DNA of 64,000 nucleotides from assembly GCF_038871235.1 (NCBI RefSeq), contig NZ_JAVZIN010000004.1, positions 47,534 through 111,533 on the forward strand. The letters run 5' to 3'. The notes under the pieces were generated by a model that had not been told where the DNA came from, made no database searches, and saw nothing but the letters and a program-made list of their open reading frames with translations. Position numbers and translations under genes: made by a program. Shown here one piece after another: positions 28,324 to 38,454 of the stretch. Source of the stretch: Candidatus Hadarchaeum sp. GTDB taxonomy: Archaea > Hadarchaeota > Hadarchaeia > Hadarchaeales > Hadarchaeaceae. How positions within the stretch are numbered: the stretch's first letter is position 1; each line of letters begins with the position of its first letter.

Positions 28324-29382
28324 GTGAAATTGATGAAAAAAAGGCTTGGTTTTTTTAACAAGAGGTCGATCTCAGTTTTCATACTTTTGTGTTTGCTGAC
28401 AGTAATAGCGGCTTTTTTGTTGTTGCGGGAAAACTTGGACTCGATGCTGTGGGCCCTATACCGGGCTAATCTTTTTTTCCTGTTACTGGCGGTTTTCACG
28501 TATTTATTCGGATTGTTGTTTTGGTCTTTGCGTTGGCGTCTGACTCTCGCTACGTCAGGGTACATAGTTCCGATCAGGAGCATCTATGTCATCATTTTGG
28601 GCGGAATTTTCATAAACAACATAACGCCTTTCACCTACGCAGGCGGAGATCCGATTGCTCGGGCTTATATTCTTAGAAGAACCCAAAATGTGCCTTATTC
28701 AAGCGGCTTTGCCACGATTCTGTCGGAATACATCATGGACTTGCCGGTATATGTTTCGCTGTTGATCTTCGGATTTTTAATTTCCCTGAAACAGTTTGAT
28801 CTTTGGTATGGGATTTTCGTTTTTCTAGTCTGGCTGTTTTTTTTAGTTGGATGGAGCGTTTTCTTCTTCCATGTGTTATCAAGTGCCACAGGTGCCAAGC
28901 GGATAGCTAGGGTGACCTCAAAACTGGCGAAGATCTTTCATCGCAAAGTGAAAAAGGCGGGATTGGAGCGCAGCATAAAGAGGTTCTATCGGAGTTCCGA
29001 GGAAATCATAAAGGACGGTAGAACGATCTTTGGCATCACTGTTCTTACTGTCACCATCATAGCATTGGCCATTTCTAGGTTATACTTCATCTTCCAGGCT
29101 TTTGGCTACATGCCTTCTCTCCCGATGTTGTTCTTTGCCTTGACCCTTCCCGCGCTTGTGGGATTGATACCCGTGCTCCCTGGGGGATTGGGCACAGTGG
29201 ATGCCACGATTTTGTCCGTTTTCCTTCTTTTCGGTGTCCCGCTTCAAGTGGCAATAAGCGCCACGTTGATCGAGAGGGCGATAACCCTTGTTTTCAGCAC
29301 AATATTGGGGGCAGGTGCAATTTCCTATTTAGGGATAAAGCAGGGCAATGCTAGAATATCAAGAGCAAAACGGCCGCGATGA
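28324..29382 (+). CDS. Flippase-like membrane protein (LPG synthase TM / UPF0104)
   Basis: RW, NNITPF..GGDP, PGGLGTVD, ERAIT motifs; multi-TM. Confidence 0.88.
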   Translation: MKLMKKRLGFFNKRSISVFILLCLLTVIAAFLLLRENLDSMLWALYRANLFFLLLAVFTYLFGLLFWSLRWRLTLATSGYIVPIRSIYVIILGGIFINNITPFTYAGGDPIARAYILRRTQNVPYSSGFATILSEYIMDLPVYVSLLIFGFLISLKQFDLWYGIFVFLVWLFFLVGWSVFFFHVLSSATGAKRIARVTSKLAKIFHRKVKKAGLERSIKRFYRSSEEIIKDGRTIFGITVLTVTIIALAISRLYFIFQAFGYMPSLPMLFFALTLPALVGLIPVLPGGLGTVDATILSVFLLFGVPLQVAISATLIERAITLVFSTILGAGAISYLGIKQGNARISRAKRPR

Positions 29383-29818
29383 AAAGCCCGCCCTCCAGCG
29401 CTAGGACCTTTTTGTCGGTCAGATAGGTCCAGAAGTCATAGGGTAGCACCCTGATTCCGTAGAACTTTTTGCTTAGCGGGTAAAGGAGGCGCCTTCCCTT
29501 TTCATCGAAGGACTCGGTTAAAACGTGGATTATTCCGCCCAGAGAAAATGAAATGGCAATATTCCAGCTGTTGCTCCAGCCGATGGCGCTTAGCCCCAGA
29601 TAGAGGAACGGCAATATTATCAAGTAAAGAAAGATAGTGTGCAGGATTGTGGAGGCATGGGTTTCATTGATCGGGTTTTTAGGGGTTTTCTTCCTCAGCA
29701 GCGTTGGGAAGACGTCAAAGTTAGGAAAACCGCTTCCGATGAGTAAGGCCACCAGATTGATGTTCCCTGAGAAAAGGCCGTAGATGATTAGTGGGATGGA
29801 AACGTGTCCTATTAACGT
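29351..29818 (-). CDS. Membrane-bound metal-dependent hydrolase (YdjM-like); start uncertain
   Basis: GH, GSGFPNFD, H..ILHT, HVLTES, LLYPLS pattern; ORF-track start lies deep inside the upstream gene. Confidence 0.7.
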   Translation of the reverse strand, partial: TLIGHVSIPLIIYGLFSGNINLVALLIGSGFPNFDVFPTLLRKKTPKNPINETHASTILHTIFLYLIILPFLYLGLSAIGWSNSWNIAISFSLGGIIHVLTESFDEKGRRLLYPLSKKFYGIRVLPYDFWTYLTDKKVLALEGGLFIAAVLLLIF

Positions 29819-30003
29819 TTTCTCAGCTCCTTGGCCATCTTGATCATGGCTATGAGGAACGGCGGCAGAAAGGGCGCGATTACTACCAGCGTGTAGATTC
29901 CTATTTCCCGTATCACCAGCGCTAGCAGGGTTAGACCCATGAAGATCCAGATGACAACGTAACCGGCATTTTCGCGCATCCATTTCCTGAGTTTGACCCT
30001 CAT
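29812..30003 (-). CDS. Small two-TM membrane protein
   Basis: 63 aa, two hydrophobic helices, basic ends. Confidence 0.6.
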   Translation of the reverse strand: MRVKLRKWMRENAGYVVIWIFMGLTLLALVIREIGIYTLVVIAPFLPPFLIAMIKMAKELRKR

Positions 30004-30095
30004 ACCTGATCCAACCTTTTTAAACTTCGTGTTTTGATTTAATGACTTTTGCGTCATCTCTTTAAGCACCCATCCAGATGAATTTAGCGGTAGGG

Positions 30096-31250
30096 ATGAG
30101 AATTCTACACGTTAACCCGTTTTACTATCCGTATCAGGGCGGTACTGAGAAATACCTTTACGATCTGTGCAAGCGGCTGGCTAGGAGGAATTCCGTGAGC
30201 GTGATATCCTCAAAGTTTGGGAACAATCCCGAGTTCGAGATTATCGAAGGAACCAAGGTTTACCGGATAAAGAGCATCGTCCTGGAGAAGCTACCTCCAT
30301 TTTTACCGCCACCCCTAGCGATACCGATCTCATTTCGCCGCAACATTCTCAGGATCTGTGAAAAGGAAAGGCCTGACGTGGTCCACATCCACAACAGATT
30401 CTTTTTGAGCTATTCATCCATGGTGCTGTGGAAGAAATCGTTGGGTGCACCACTTTTTATCACCCTTCACAATGCTAGGCCTGTGGGCATAAATGAGGAG
30501 ACTGATTTTCTAGGGCAGCTTTTTGATGATTACATTGGACATAGGATAATTCGAAGTTGTGACCGGGTTCTCGCCAACAGCCGGTGGACGCTGGAGACAA
30601 CCTTGCCCAAGGATTATCCTCGGGAGAAGGCAGAGATAATTTACAACGGAGTTGACACCCGGAGGTTCAGGCGGATAGATTCAAGTCTTAAGGACAAGCT
30701 GGGCTGTGAGTTTCTTTCCACGACCGTTTGCAGGTTGCTACCGCAGAAAGGGGTCAACTATCTCATTGCCGCCATCAAGGATATTGAGGAAGACTACAAG
30801 GCTGTGATAGTGGGTCGGGGCCCATGCCTCGGTGAGCTAAAATCTTTGGCTAAAAAATTGGGCGTAGATAAAAAGGTTGAGTTTGTCACCAGTCATCTGA
30901 CGGATGAAGAGTTGGTTAAATATTACTCTGCCAGTGATTTCTCAGTACTTCCTTCCCTCTGGGAGCCTTTCGGGATAACCTTGATTGAGGCAATGGCCTG
31001 TGGCTGTCCCATAATCGCCACGAATGTCGGCGGAATTCCTGAGGTCGTCACCAGTGACTGTGGAATCTTGGTGAGTCCTAGAAGTTCCAATGAACTTGCT
31101 TTGGCCATTAACAGGCTCATCGGGGATAAGAACCTCAGGAGAAAAATGTCCAGAAATGCCCGTAAACGGGTTGAGAAGTACTTCGACTTTGATCTGATTG
31201 CTGAAAAGGTTGAACAAAGCTATCGGAGTTATCTTGAGGAATCGGGTTGA
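30096..31250 (+). CDS. GT4 glycosyltransferase
   Basis: GGTE, IYNGVD, KGV, EPFGITLIEAMACG. Confidence 0.93.
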   Translation: MRILHVNPFYYPYQGGTEKYLYDLCKRLARRNSVSVISSKFGNNPEFEIIEGTKVYRIKSIVLEKLPPFLPPPLAIPISFRRNILRICEKERPDVVHIHNRFFLSYSSMVLWKKSLGAPLFITLHNARPVGINEETDFLGQLFDDYIGHRIIRSCDRVLANSRWTLETTLPKDYPREKAEIIYNGVDTRRFRRIDSSLKDKLGCEFLSTTVCRLLPQKGVNYLIAAIKDIEEDYKAVIVGRGPCLGELKSLAKKLGVDKKVEFVTSHLTDEELVKYYSASDFSVLPSLWEPFGITLIEAMACGCPIIATNVGGIPEVVTSDCGILVSPRSSNELALAINRLIGDKNLRRKMSRNARKRVEKYFDFDLIAEKVEQSYRSYLEESG

Positions 31251-31279
31251 AGTTAGCATTTTTTCAAAGGTGATTTTTT

Positions 31280-31984
31280 GTGTATCAACTGTCTGAAAAA
31301 CCGAAGATAACGATAGTGGTCCCGGCCCTAAACGAGGAGAGGCTGATTGCCCAGACATTGGAAAATGCTTGTTGCGTAGCCCCTGAAGCTGAGATCATTG
31401 TTGTCGATAGTGGCTCCACAGACAACACAGCCAGAATAGCCGCCCAGTATGCGAGGGTCTATCACAAGGTTGGTAATGTGGCGCAGGCGAGAAACTTTGG
31501 CGCAAAGATGGCCACCGGAGAAATCATCGTTTTTTTGGACGCGGATACTCTTATAACCAAGCAATTCATGGATGAGGTTATTCGCGCTTTCAAGAATCCT
31601 GAGGTCGTCGGAGCTGGAGGCTTGATTATGCCCCACTTCAAGGGGGTTTTGGTTGAACTCATCTTTTACTTTTTCAACCTTTTGGTACTAGCTTCTTTTG
31701 CTTTTTTAGGCCCCTTTCTTGCGGGAACTTGTGTCGCTTACAAGAGAGACCCGTTTTTTGAGGTTGGGGGTTTCAATGAGCAGCTGGTGGCCTCTGAGGA
31801 TTTCGATCTGTGTCGGAGAATTTCCAAGAAGGGCAGGGTAGTCTTTCTTAGGAAGATTGTTGTAAGAACATCGAGGAGAAGGTTGGAGAAGCTGGGGTTA
31901 ATGGGGCTGGTTCTTGACTGGGCCAAGGTCACGGTTCATTATCTGAGCGGCAGAAACCCCACGAAATACGGCAGTTTTAGGTGA
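31280..31984 (+). CDS. GT2 glycosyltransferase
   Basis: VVPALNEE, VDSGSTD, ARNFGA, FLDAD, SEDFD. Confidence 0.93.
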   Translation: MYQLSEKPKITIVVPALNEERLIAQTLENACCVAPEAEIIVVDSGSTDNTARIAAQYARVYHKVGNVAQARNFGAKMATGEIIVFLDADTLITKQFMDEVIRAFKNPEVVGAGGLIMPHFKGVLVELIFYFFNLLVLASFAFLGPFLAGTCVAYKRDPFFEVGGFNEQLVASEDFDLCRRISKKGRVVFLRKIVVRTSRRRLEKLGLMGLVLDWAKVTVHYLSGRNPTKYGSFR

Positions 31985-31998
31985 CCCAACCGAACAAA

Positions 31999-33096
31999 TC
32001 AAAGATGGGCTTGGTAGAACTTCTCAAGTTTTTTCGTGCATTCGGTTACGGAAAATTTTTCGCTAGTTTTTATCGCCTGAGTCTGCATTTTGGGGGACGG
32101 TTCATAGGAGTTTAAGATTTGCGCCAGCTCCGCGATGTTTCCAGGGCTAAAGAGGTAGCCATTTTTCCCATCTTTTATAATCTCAGGTATTGCGAGCGAG
32201 TTGGCACCGATCACTGGGCACCCGCAGGCCATTGCTTCCACCACCACCAAAGCCTGAGTTTCCCCAGTTGAGGCTATGACAAAAGCATCCGCGGCCGAAT
32301 AGTAAAGGGGCTTTAGCTTTTCCGGAACATAACCAGTAAATTGGACCTTTTTCTTAAGCTTGAGCTTGTCCCTCAATTTTCTCAACTTTTCAGCGGCTGG
32401 ACCTCGACCCGCAATGATCAGTTTACCATCAACCTCAACAAAAGCGCGGATGATGATATCTATATTTTTTTCGTGGCTTAGTCGCCCTAGGCTCAGGAAG
32501 ATTTTTTCACCATCATCCAGTCCCAGCGATTCCCGGGCGGTTTCCTTTTTTTCTGGCCTGAAAAAGTTGGTGTTTATCCCTGTGGGTATGACTGAAATGG
32601 TCTTTTTGATGTGGTGGGAGACCAAGACGCTCTTTAACGCACGGCTCGGGACAATGATCCCTTTCTGCTTGTTGTAAAAAATTTCACAATATTTCCAGAT
32701 GACTTTTTCCATTATTTTTTTACCCAGTGGTGCCACATATCGGACGTATTCCGAGAGCAGGGTGTGGAAGGTCGTAACGCGGGGAATTTTTTGGAAATTG
32801 GAGACCCGCCACCCGAAGAAACCCATCGTGAATGGAGAGTGGCTATGGATGATGTCCAGCTTGGGCACCGACTCTCTTCCCTGAGGCACCGCAATTCTGA
32901 ACTCAGGATAGGGCTTGAAGGTTACCGCTGGATAGGAATAGACTTTCATCCCCCCGCATTCCCTGACCTTAGTCTTGGGGCAAAAGATGAAGACCTCATG
33001 CCCACGTCTAATCAGTTCGGGTCCTGTGCTTAACAGCGAGGTCACCACACCATTTTTCTGTGGTAGGAAGGTGTCCGTAAAGAAGCCTATGCGCAT
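31999..33096 (-). CDS. GT4 glycosyltransferase (diacylglycerol glucosyltransferase-like)
   Basis: FTDTFLPQKNGVVTS, HSHSPF, GRLSHEKN, ETQALVVVEAMACG. Confidence 0.92.
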   Translation of the reverse strand: MRIGFFTDTFLPQKNGVVTSLLSTGPELIRRGHEVFIFCPKTKVRECGGMKVYSYPAVTFKPYPEFRIAVPQGRESVPKLDIIHSHSPFTMGFFGWRVSNFQKIPRVTTFHTLLSEYVRYVAPLGKKIMEKVIWKYCEIFYNKQKGIIVPSRALKSVLVSHHIKKTISVIPTGINTNFFRPEKKETARESLGLDDGEKIFLSLGRLSHEKNIDIIIRAFVEVDGKLIIAGRGPAAEKLRKLRDKLKLKKKVQFTGYVPEKLKPLYYSAADAFVIASTGETQALVVVEAMACGCPVIGANSLAIPEIIKDGKNGYLFSPGNIAELAQILNSYEPSPKMQTQAIKTSEKFSVTECTKKLEKFYQAHL

Positions 33097-33099
33097 GTT

Positions 33100-34524
33100 T
33101 TATCCCCCCCACAGCTGTTTGATTGATTTCAGCCCTCTTCCCGAGCGGAGGTTGGCCAGCAGAATTTTCATCCGGTATTCGCTCTTTAAGGTTTTCCATA
33201 TCTGTGAGATCAGGTAGCTTGGTCTTTCGATAAATTCTTGATAAAATCCGTTCACCATTTCATTCAGTTCTCCTTCGTTGAGAAGGGAAGGGAGGACACT
33301 GACAGCAGGTACGGCGGCATCCCAGTACTTTCCCTCGTCCAGTTGACCATCCTTTACAGCTCGGTTCCACAGCTCCATTCCGGGCGAGAGGTTTAGAAGG
33401 TTCATCTGGGGAAAGTCCATTTCCCTTAAGCTGAGGGCAAAATCAAAGGTTTTTCTGACGTCTTCTCTCGTTTCAATGGGTGCCCCGACGATAAAGGAGC
33501 CAATGACGTTCTCAATCCCTGCTTTCTTGGCGTTTGAGACCGCCTTTCTGCTCATCTCCGGAGTTATATTTTTTCCATAATAGTCCAGAACCTTTCGGCT
33601 GGCGCTCTCAATTCCAAAGTAAATAGTCCGACACCCGGCGCGGGACAATTTCTTCAAAGTCTCTTCAGACGCCTGATCAACCCGCCCCTCCGCCCAAAGG
33701 TTAAGCTTTACCTTGCGGGTCCTCAAAATTTCGCAGATTTTTTCGACGCGCTTTCTGTTGAGGAGCAGGTTATCATCCACGAAGCCAACTTCCTCATACC
33801 CTTGGCTGTAAAGTTGCTCCATCTCCGCGGCAACGTTTTTCGGGGACCTGAATCTAACCCTTCTGAGGGAAAATGCTGAGCAGGCGCAGTACCGGCAGGC
33901 ATAGGGGCAGCCTCTGGATGAGAGCAGGGTGGTGAATTTTCCTGAGGTGCCAAGTAGTCCGACCAGCTCCGAATGATACTCCTGTTCCAACAGCGATCGG
34001 TCGGGGAATGGTAGCTTGTCCAAGTCCTGAATTGGTTCCTCAGGCGGGTTTTTTATCACCCTATTTTTCTTCCTGAAAGCGATGCCTTTTATCCGTTTTA
34101 TTTCATTTTCCTTTTCAAGGGCCCGGACCAGTTCTGTGAGGGTTCTTTCGCCCTCGCCGAGAACAACGAAGTCAACGATGGAATAATTTTCCAGCAACCT
34201 CTTGTACTCAAAAGTGGATTGATAATTTCCAAAGATGAGCCTCACTTCAGGATTTTTTTCTTTCACTGCTTTTGCGATTTTGATGGCTTGCCTAAATGTG
34301 GGCGTCAGAGCGCTTATTCCCACGATGTCCGGTTTTTCACTTTTTACGCGGTCCGCGAGCCTCTCCACAGGTGATCCTTCTCGAGCGTTGTCTATGATCT
34401 TGACCTCGTGACCATCCATCTGCAGCACCGATCCTAAATAAAGCAGACCTAGAGGAGGCCAAGCCGCTTCATTTTCAATCCGCTCTTTCTCCCCAGTATT
34501 GGAATTTATCAAGACCATCTTCAA
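33100..34524 (-). CDS. B12-binding radical SAM enzyme
   Basis: PPLGLLYLGS, DIVGIS, GEGE, SSRGCPYACRYC, FVDDN, FGIESAS, FIVGAPIET. Confidence 0.92.
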   Translation of the reverse strand: MKMVLINSNTGEKERIENEAAWPPLGLLYLGSVLQMDGHEVKIIDNAREGSPVERLADRVKSEKPDIVGISALTPTFRQAIKIAKAVKEKNPEVRLIFGNYQSTFEYKRLLENYSIVDFVVLGEGERTLTELVRALEKENEIKRIKGIAFRKKNRVIKNPPEEPIQDLDKLPFPDRSLLEQEYHSELVGLLGTSGKFTTLLSSRGCPYACRYCACSAFSLRRVRFRSPKNVAAEMEQLYSQGYEEVGFVDDNLLLNRKRVEKICEILRTRKVKLNLWAEGRVDQASEETLKKLSRAGCRTIYFGIESASRKVLDYYGKNITPEMSRKAVSNAKKAGIENVIGSFIVGAPIETREDVRKTFDFALSLREMDFPQMNLLNLSPGMELWNRAVKDGQLDEGKYWDAAVPAVSVLPSLLNEGELNEMVNGFYQEFIERPSYLISQIWKTLKSEYRMKILLANLRSGRGLKSIKQLWGG

Positions 34525-34592
34525 ATATCCACAACCTGAATTAATATCCAGATTAGGTTAAATTTATCAGGTTAAAGGGATAGGTGGGACAG

Positions 34593-35501
34593 ATGAAAGT
34601 TCTGGTTACAGGTGGTGCGGGGTTTATCGGCTCGAATCTTGTTGAGGAGCTGGTCAGGTCAGGTGAGGATGTCATCGTTTTGGACGATTTCTCTACCGGG
34701 TCGCTGGAGAATTTAAGAGCTGTAGAAAAGCAGGTGCAGATAGTGCGGGCCTCCTGCCAGCGGCTTTTGGAACTGAAACTTCCGGAGGTGAAGAAGATAT
34801 TCCACCTCGGGATCCCATCTAGCTCTCCGATGTATCGCGACAACCCGCTGCTGGTCGGGGAAGCCATTCGTGGCTTTATCAACGTCTTTGAGCTGGCGAG
34901 GAGAAACCGGGCCAAGGTAGTTTATGCTTCCACCTCCAGCCTGTACCGAGGCTGTCCAACGCCGCATCGTGAGGACAGAATATCCGAACCTTTTGATTTT
35001 TACACCGAGGCCAGAATTGCCATGGAGCGCTTGGCCCGGGTTTATCACGAGCTCTATGGCATTCCTTCGGTGGGCATGAGGTTCTTCTCGGTTTATGGTC
35101 CACACGAGCGCGCCAAGGGCAAATATGCGAACAACGTCTCCCAGTTTCTCTGGGCCATGCGCGAGGATAAGTCCCCTGAGATTTACGGTGATGGCGAACA
35201 GACGCGCGATTTTGTCCACGTCAGTGATGTGGTGCGGGCCTGTCTTAAAGCGGCCAATTCTGATTTGGGCTGTGAAGTGATAAACGTCGGCACCGGCAAG
35301 CAGACGAGCTTCAACCGTGTGATCGAGTTGCTCAACAAAGCGCTGGGAAAATCGATAAACCCCATTTATGTACCCAATCCGGTGAAAAACTATGTTTACC
35401 ACACTTGTGCCGATCTGACCAAGGCAAGGAAGCTACTAGGATACGAGCCAACCGTGACCCTGGAGGAAGGCATCAAAAGACTAGTCGCGGTGGAAGGATA
35501 A
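34593..35501 (+). CDS. NAD-dependent NDP-sugar epimerase/dehydratase
   Basis: TGGAGFIGS, YTEAR (YxxxR variant of YxxxK), RFFSVYGP, GEQTRDFVHV. Confidence 0.92.
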   Translation: MKVLVTGGAGFIGSNLVEELVRSGEDVIVLDDFSTGSLENLRAVEKQVQIVRASCQRLLELKLPEVKKIFHLGIPSSSPMYRDNPLLVGEAIRGFINVFELARRNRAKVVYASTSSLYRGCPTPHREDRISEPFDFYTEARIAMERLARVYHELYGIPSVGMRFFSVYGPHERAKGKYANNVSQFLWAMREDKSPEIYGDGEQTRDFVHVSDVVRACLKAANSDLGCEVINVGTGKQTSFNRVIELLNKALGKSINPIYVPNPVKNYVYHTCADLTKARKLLGYEPTVTLEEGIKRLVAVEG

Positions 35502-35565
35502 AACCAGCTAATTTAGTGATGGTAGTAGGTTTAGAGGAAGACCACCAAAGCAATGTTGGGGTTCG

Positions 35566-36240
35566 TTGTTGAATAAAAACTGGCTGCACCGGCATAGAAA
35601 GCTGACAGCAATAGTTGGTGTTGTTATCGTTGGCCTCGGTTTTTCACTGTTGGCCGCCTACACCACCAATCTCCCCAGTGATTTCTGGAGAAGCATTGGT
35701 TATCCTGGTATCTTCCTGTTAAGTTTTATCGGAACCAGCTCGATAATTATCCCTATACCCTACACAGTGGTTTTATTGGCGATATCGCCGGCCTTTGACC
35801 CTCTCCTCTTCACCTTAGCCGCCGGTGCTGGCTCGGCAGTTGGGGAAATGGTAGGATATCTCCTCGGATTCTTGGGTAGGAATGTGCTGGGGGAAAAGCG
35901 TCGCAACCAGATGGATGCGATGCTGAGAATTTTCAGGAGATTCGGACCAATTGCCGTGTTTGTTTTTGCGCTTACCCCGCTCCCCGATGACTTGATTTTT
36001 ATCCCGTTGGGGCTCATGCGATACAGTCCTTGGAGGACCTTGGCTGCCTGTGTTGCTGGTAAGTTTTCTATGGTCTTCATTATCGGGGTTGTGGGCAAGG
36101 CAGTGGGAGAATTGTCTGGTGATTTGCCCCTTACCATTTTGATATCTATCTTGTTGGTCTTGATCATCATCGTGATCTTCAAAATTGACTGGGTAAAGCT
36201 GGCCGAAAAGTACGCGCCGACATCGGGTCAGTGCTGCTAA
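35566..36240 (+). CDS. DedA/VTT-domain membrane protein
   Basis: IPIP, GSAVGEMVGYLLG, FALTPLPDD, GK motifs. Confidence 0.85.
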   Translation: MLNKNWLHRHRKLTAIVGVVIVGLGFSLLAAYTTNLPSDFWRSIGYPGIFLLSFIGTSSIIIPIPYTVVLLAISPAFDPLLFTLAAGAGSAVGEMVGYLLGFLGRNVLGEKRRNQMDAMLRIFRRFGPIAVFVFALTPLPDDLIFIPLGLMRYSPWRTLAACVAGKFSMVFIIGVVGKAVGELSGDLPLTILISILLVLIIIVIFKIDWVKLAEKYAPTSGQCC

Positions 36241-36276
36241 TTTGGAAATCCTTTAAATGATTCCAGTGAGGTCCTT

Positions 36277-37374
36277 TCACTTCTTTATGGGCTCAAAACG
36301 ATCCTTCAGTTTTTTAATCACTTCTGGCAACGTGGTGTATTCCAGTTCTTCGGGGGAGAGCAGGTGGGGTTCGAAGGGCCCGTGTCTGCGTATATATTCA
36401 CTTACCTCGATGGCCTGCTGTCTAGCTAGGTCAAAAGAGGGGTCACCAAAGAGATCCACAGGACCGATCAGTTCTCCTTCGCACACTTGGAAGCCGTAGG
36501 CCATTATGCGTGGAGGACCATCAAAACGGGTTGGGCGTGCCTCTTCACGGGAGACCGGCATTAGCGGCCCCCTGTGTGATCCGCGCATCCACCCAGGCAC
36601 AAGTTGCGGGAAGGCAAACGCTTCCAAGATTTCCCCCACGGCAGGAAATCCTGATTGCGCGCGGGTGATGGCGACAGGATCGTCCTTACCCACGTACTTT
36701 CCGGCTATAAAGGAGAGCCGCTCCGTGCTGGCCACCGCAGCCACCACTCCGTCCCTCCTGAAGACTCTTTTGATCGCATAGCGGCTGGAGAGTCCGATTA
36801 AGGCGAGCAGGTCGTAGATTTCCTCAGGGCAGTTGAGAAAGATTCTTTTACCTTCTTTAATGTCATGGACTTCAAACCTGAAACCTCCGTGTATCTTTGA
36901 GTCTATCACCAGCCCAGCGGTGTTGAATGGATCGGCAAAGATCTTGTAGAAGGGGAGATTGAAAGCCGAGGGTGAGGTTTTATCGCACATGAGGACAATT
37001 ATGGGCTCGCTGGGGCGCTCCTCGATCTCGAATTCAGCCACACCTGGACCCATACCCCTGACGTTTCCGGAAAAGGCCTCGACCAGCAGGTCTTGGCCCG
37101 CGCCGTAGTATTTTCGTTTTTTAGCCAGTGCAGCGGCTTTTTTGAAGGTTTCCCAGGCAAGTTCATGAATTTTCGGATTGTCTTCCCCCTTATCGTGAGA
37201 CATGATGAGTTCTAGGTCGTCTCCACAGTTGGTGACGTGATAGCTCTTAATGATGCCTTTCTGTGTGGCAACCTTCAGGGATTTTTCAGCAATTTCCAAA
37301 AGCTCTTCGGGCACCTTGACATGACCGGGGATGCTACCCACATCGGCTTTTATAACACTAATAGTAGTTTTCAT
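36277..37374 (-). CDS. fbp: Bifunctional fructose-1,6-bisphosphate aldolase/phosphatase (class V)
   Basis: SVIKADVGS, YGAGQDLL, DPFNTAGL, GKYVGKDDP, GWMRGSH. Confidence 0.96.
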   Translation of the reverse strand: MKTTISVIKADVGSIPGHVKVPEELLEIAEKSLKVATQKGIIKSYHVTNCGDDLELIMSHDKGEDNPKIHELAWETFKKAAALAKKRKYYGAGQDLLVEAFSGNVRGMGPGVAEFEIEERPSEPIIVLMCDKTSPSAFNLPFYKIFADPFNTAGLVIDSKIHGGFRFEVHDIKEGKRIFLNCPEEIYDLLALIGLSSRYAIKRVFRRDGVVAAVASTERLSFIAGKYVGKDDPVAITRAQSGFPAVGEILEAFAFPQLVPGWMRGSHRGPLMPVSREEARPTRFDGPPRIMAYGFQVCEGELIGPVDLFGDPSFDLARQQAIEVSEYIRRHGPFEPHLLSPEELEYTTLPEVIKKLKDRFEPIKK

Positions 37375-37406
37375 ACATCAAGTTTACAGCGGAATATTTT
37401 TAAGTC

Positions 37407-37967
37407 TTACGTGCTGGCGATCGCAAAGGCTGCGGTCAGTCCCACGATCAGGGATAGGGTGACGATAAGGATGAGGCTTGAAACTAGTTCAGAGCCCGTG
37501 GCCGGTTTCAGCGGTTTTCCCCGCAACCGGTAGAGCATTCTGATGGCTCGCTGAGTGCCCAGCTGCGCAGCCCATAAACAGAGCGGCAGGTTGACGACAA
37601 AGATTAGTATGATGAAGAAGATCGTCCAAATTTCCACCGATGTGCTTGAGGTCAGCTTCCAGTTCGAGAGCATTGTTTCCATACCCATGATCAAACTGCT
37701 GTCGTAGACACCTCGTGAGAAGAGAAAGGCCGCCGCCCCAACGCCGAAGAAGAGCTGTGACAGCACAAAGGTGGCGACGGGTGTCAGGGTAAAGTATAGG
37801 ATGGGCTGCCAGGGCTCCATCCGGCCGGGCGGTGGCACGCTGAAGGACCGCCCGAGCTGGGAAAGAAATTCTTCGGGTTCTCCCCACCATTTTCCGTAGG
37901 CGAGGCCGAGGACCCAGCTGCCGACCACGATGAGCCAGAAGGAGTAATACCAGTATTCCTCGCGCAT
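37407..37967 (-). CDS. Hypothetical multi-pass membrane protein
   Basis: About five hydrophobic segments; GGTGG SD-like motif. Confidence 0.7.
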   Translation of the reverse strand: MREEYWYYSFWLIVVGSWVLGLAYGKWWGEPEEFLSQLGRSFSVPPPGRMEPWQPILYFTLTPVATFVLSQLFFGVGAAAFLFSRGVYDSSLIMGMETMLSNWKLTSSTSVEIWTIFFIILIFVVNLPLCLWAAQLGTQRAIRMLYRLRGKPLKPATGSELVSSLILIVTLSLIVGLTAAFAIAST

Positions 37968-37986
37968 CGCCCCACCGGAGCGCTTT

Positions 37987-38232
37987 CTATTTGTATTTCT
38001 GGTCGTAATCGCGTTTGGCTAGGTTGATGGCCCGGCTGAGATATCTGTGGCCCGCATCTTTTTTTTGCTGGACTGAATCAGGCACGGGTTGGGTTGGTTT
38101 TTGTGGGGAAGGTTTTGGCGGGGGCAGGTTCCTTTCTAGGGCCATTATCCTGCGCTCAAGTTCAGAAATTTTGGCGTGAAGGGAATTTAACCTCTCCTCT
38201 AGTTGCAAAATGCGTAGGTCACCTCTTTCCAT
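37987..38232 (-). CDS. Hypothetical protein with coiled coil and Pro-rich linker
   Basis: 81 aa, heptad pattern in the N-half, AGGTG SD. Confidence 0.6.
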   Translation of the reverse strand: MERGDLRILQLEERLNSLHAKISELERRIMALERNLPPPKPSPQKPTQPVPDSVQQKKDAGHRYLSRAINLAKRDYDQKYK

Positions 38233-38377
38233 GTAATTGCACCTTTAGAATTTTCTTTTGATTTCTATTAAGTGTTTGGTGTGTTTTTTTAATAAAGCGA
38301 AAGGCAGACCCACTTATGCTTTATGAGGAACATTTTAGCAAAACAGCTTTTTGTTGGAAGAAAAAAGAGATAGCTGG

Positions 38378-38453
38378 GCCGCCGTAGCTCAGCCGGTAGA
38401 GCGATCGCCTCGTAAGCGATAGGTCGTGGGTTCAATCCCCACCGGCGGCTCCA
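38378..38453 (+). tRNA. tRNA-Thr(CGT), CCA encoded
   Basis: GCCGCCG/CGGCGGC acceptor, ATCGC-CTCGTAA-GCGAT anticodon arm, GTGGG-TTCAATC-CCCAC T arm. Confidence 0.96.
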
Positions 38454-38454
38454 C

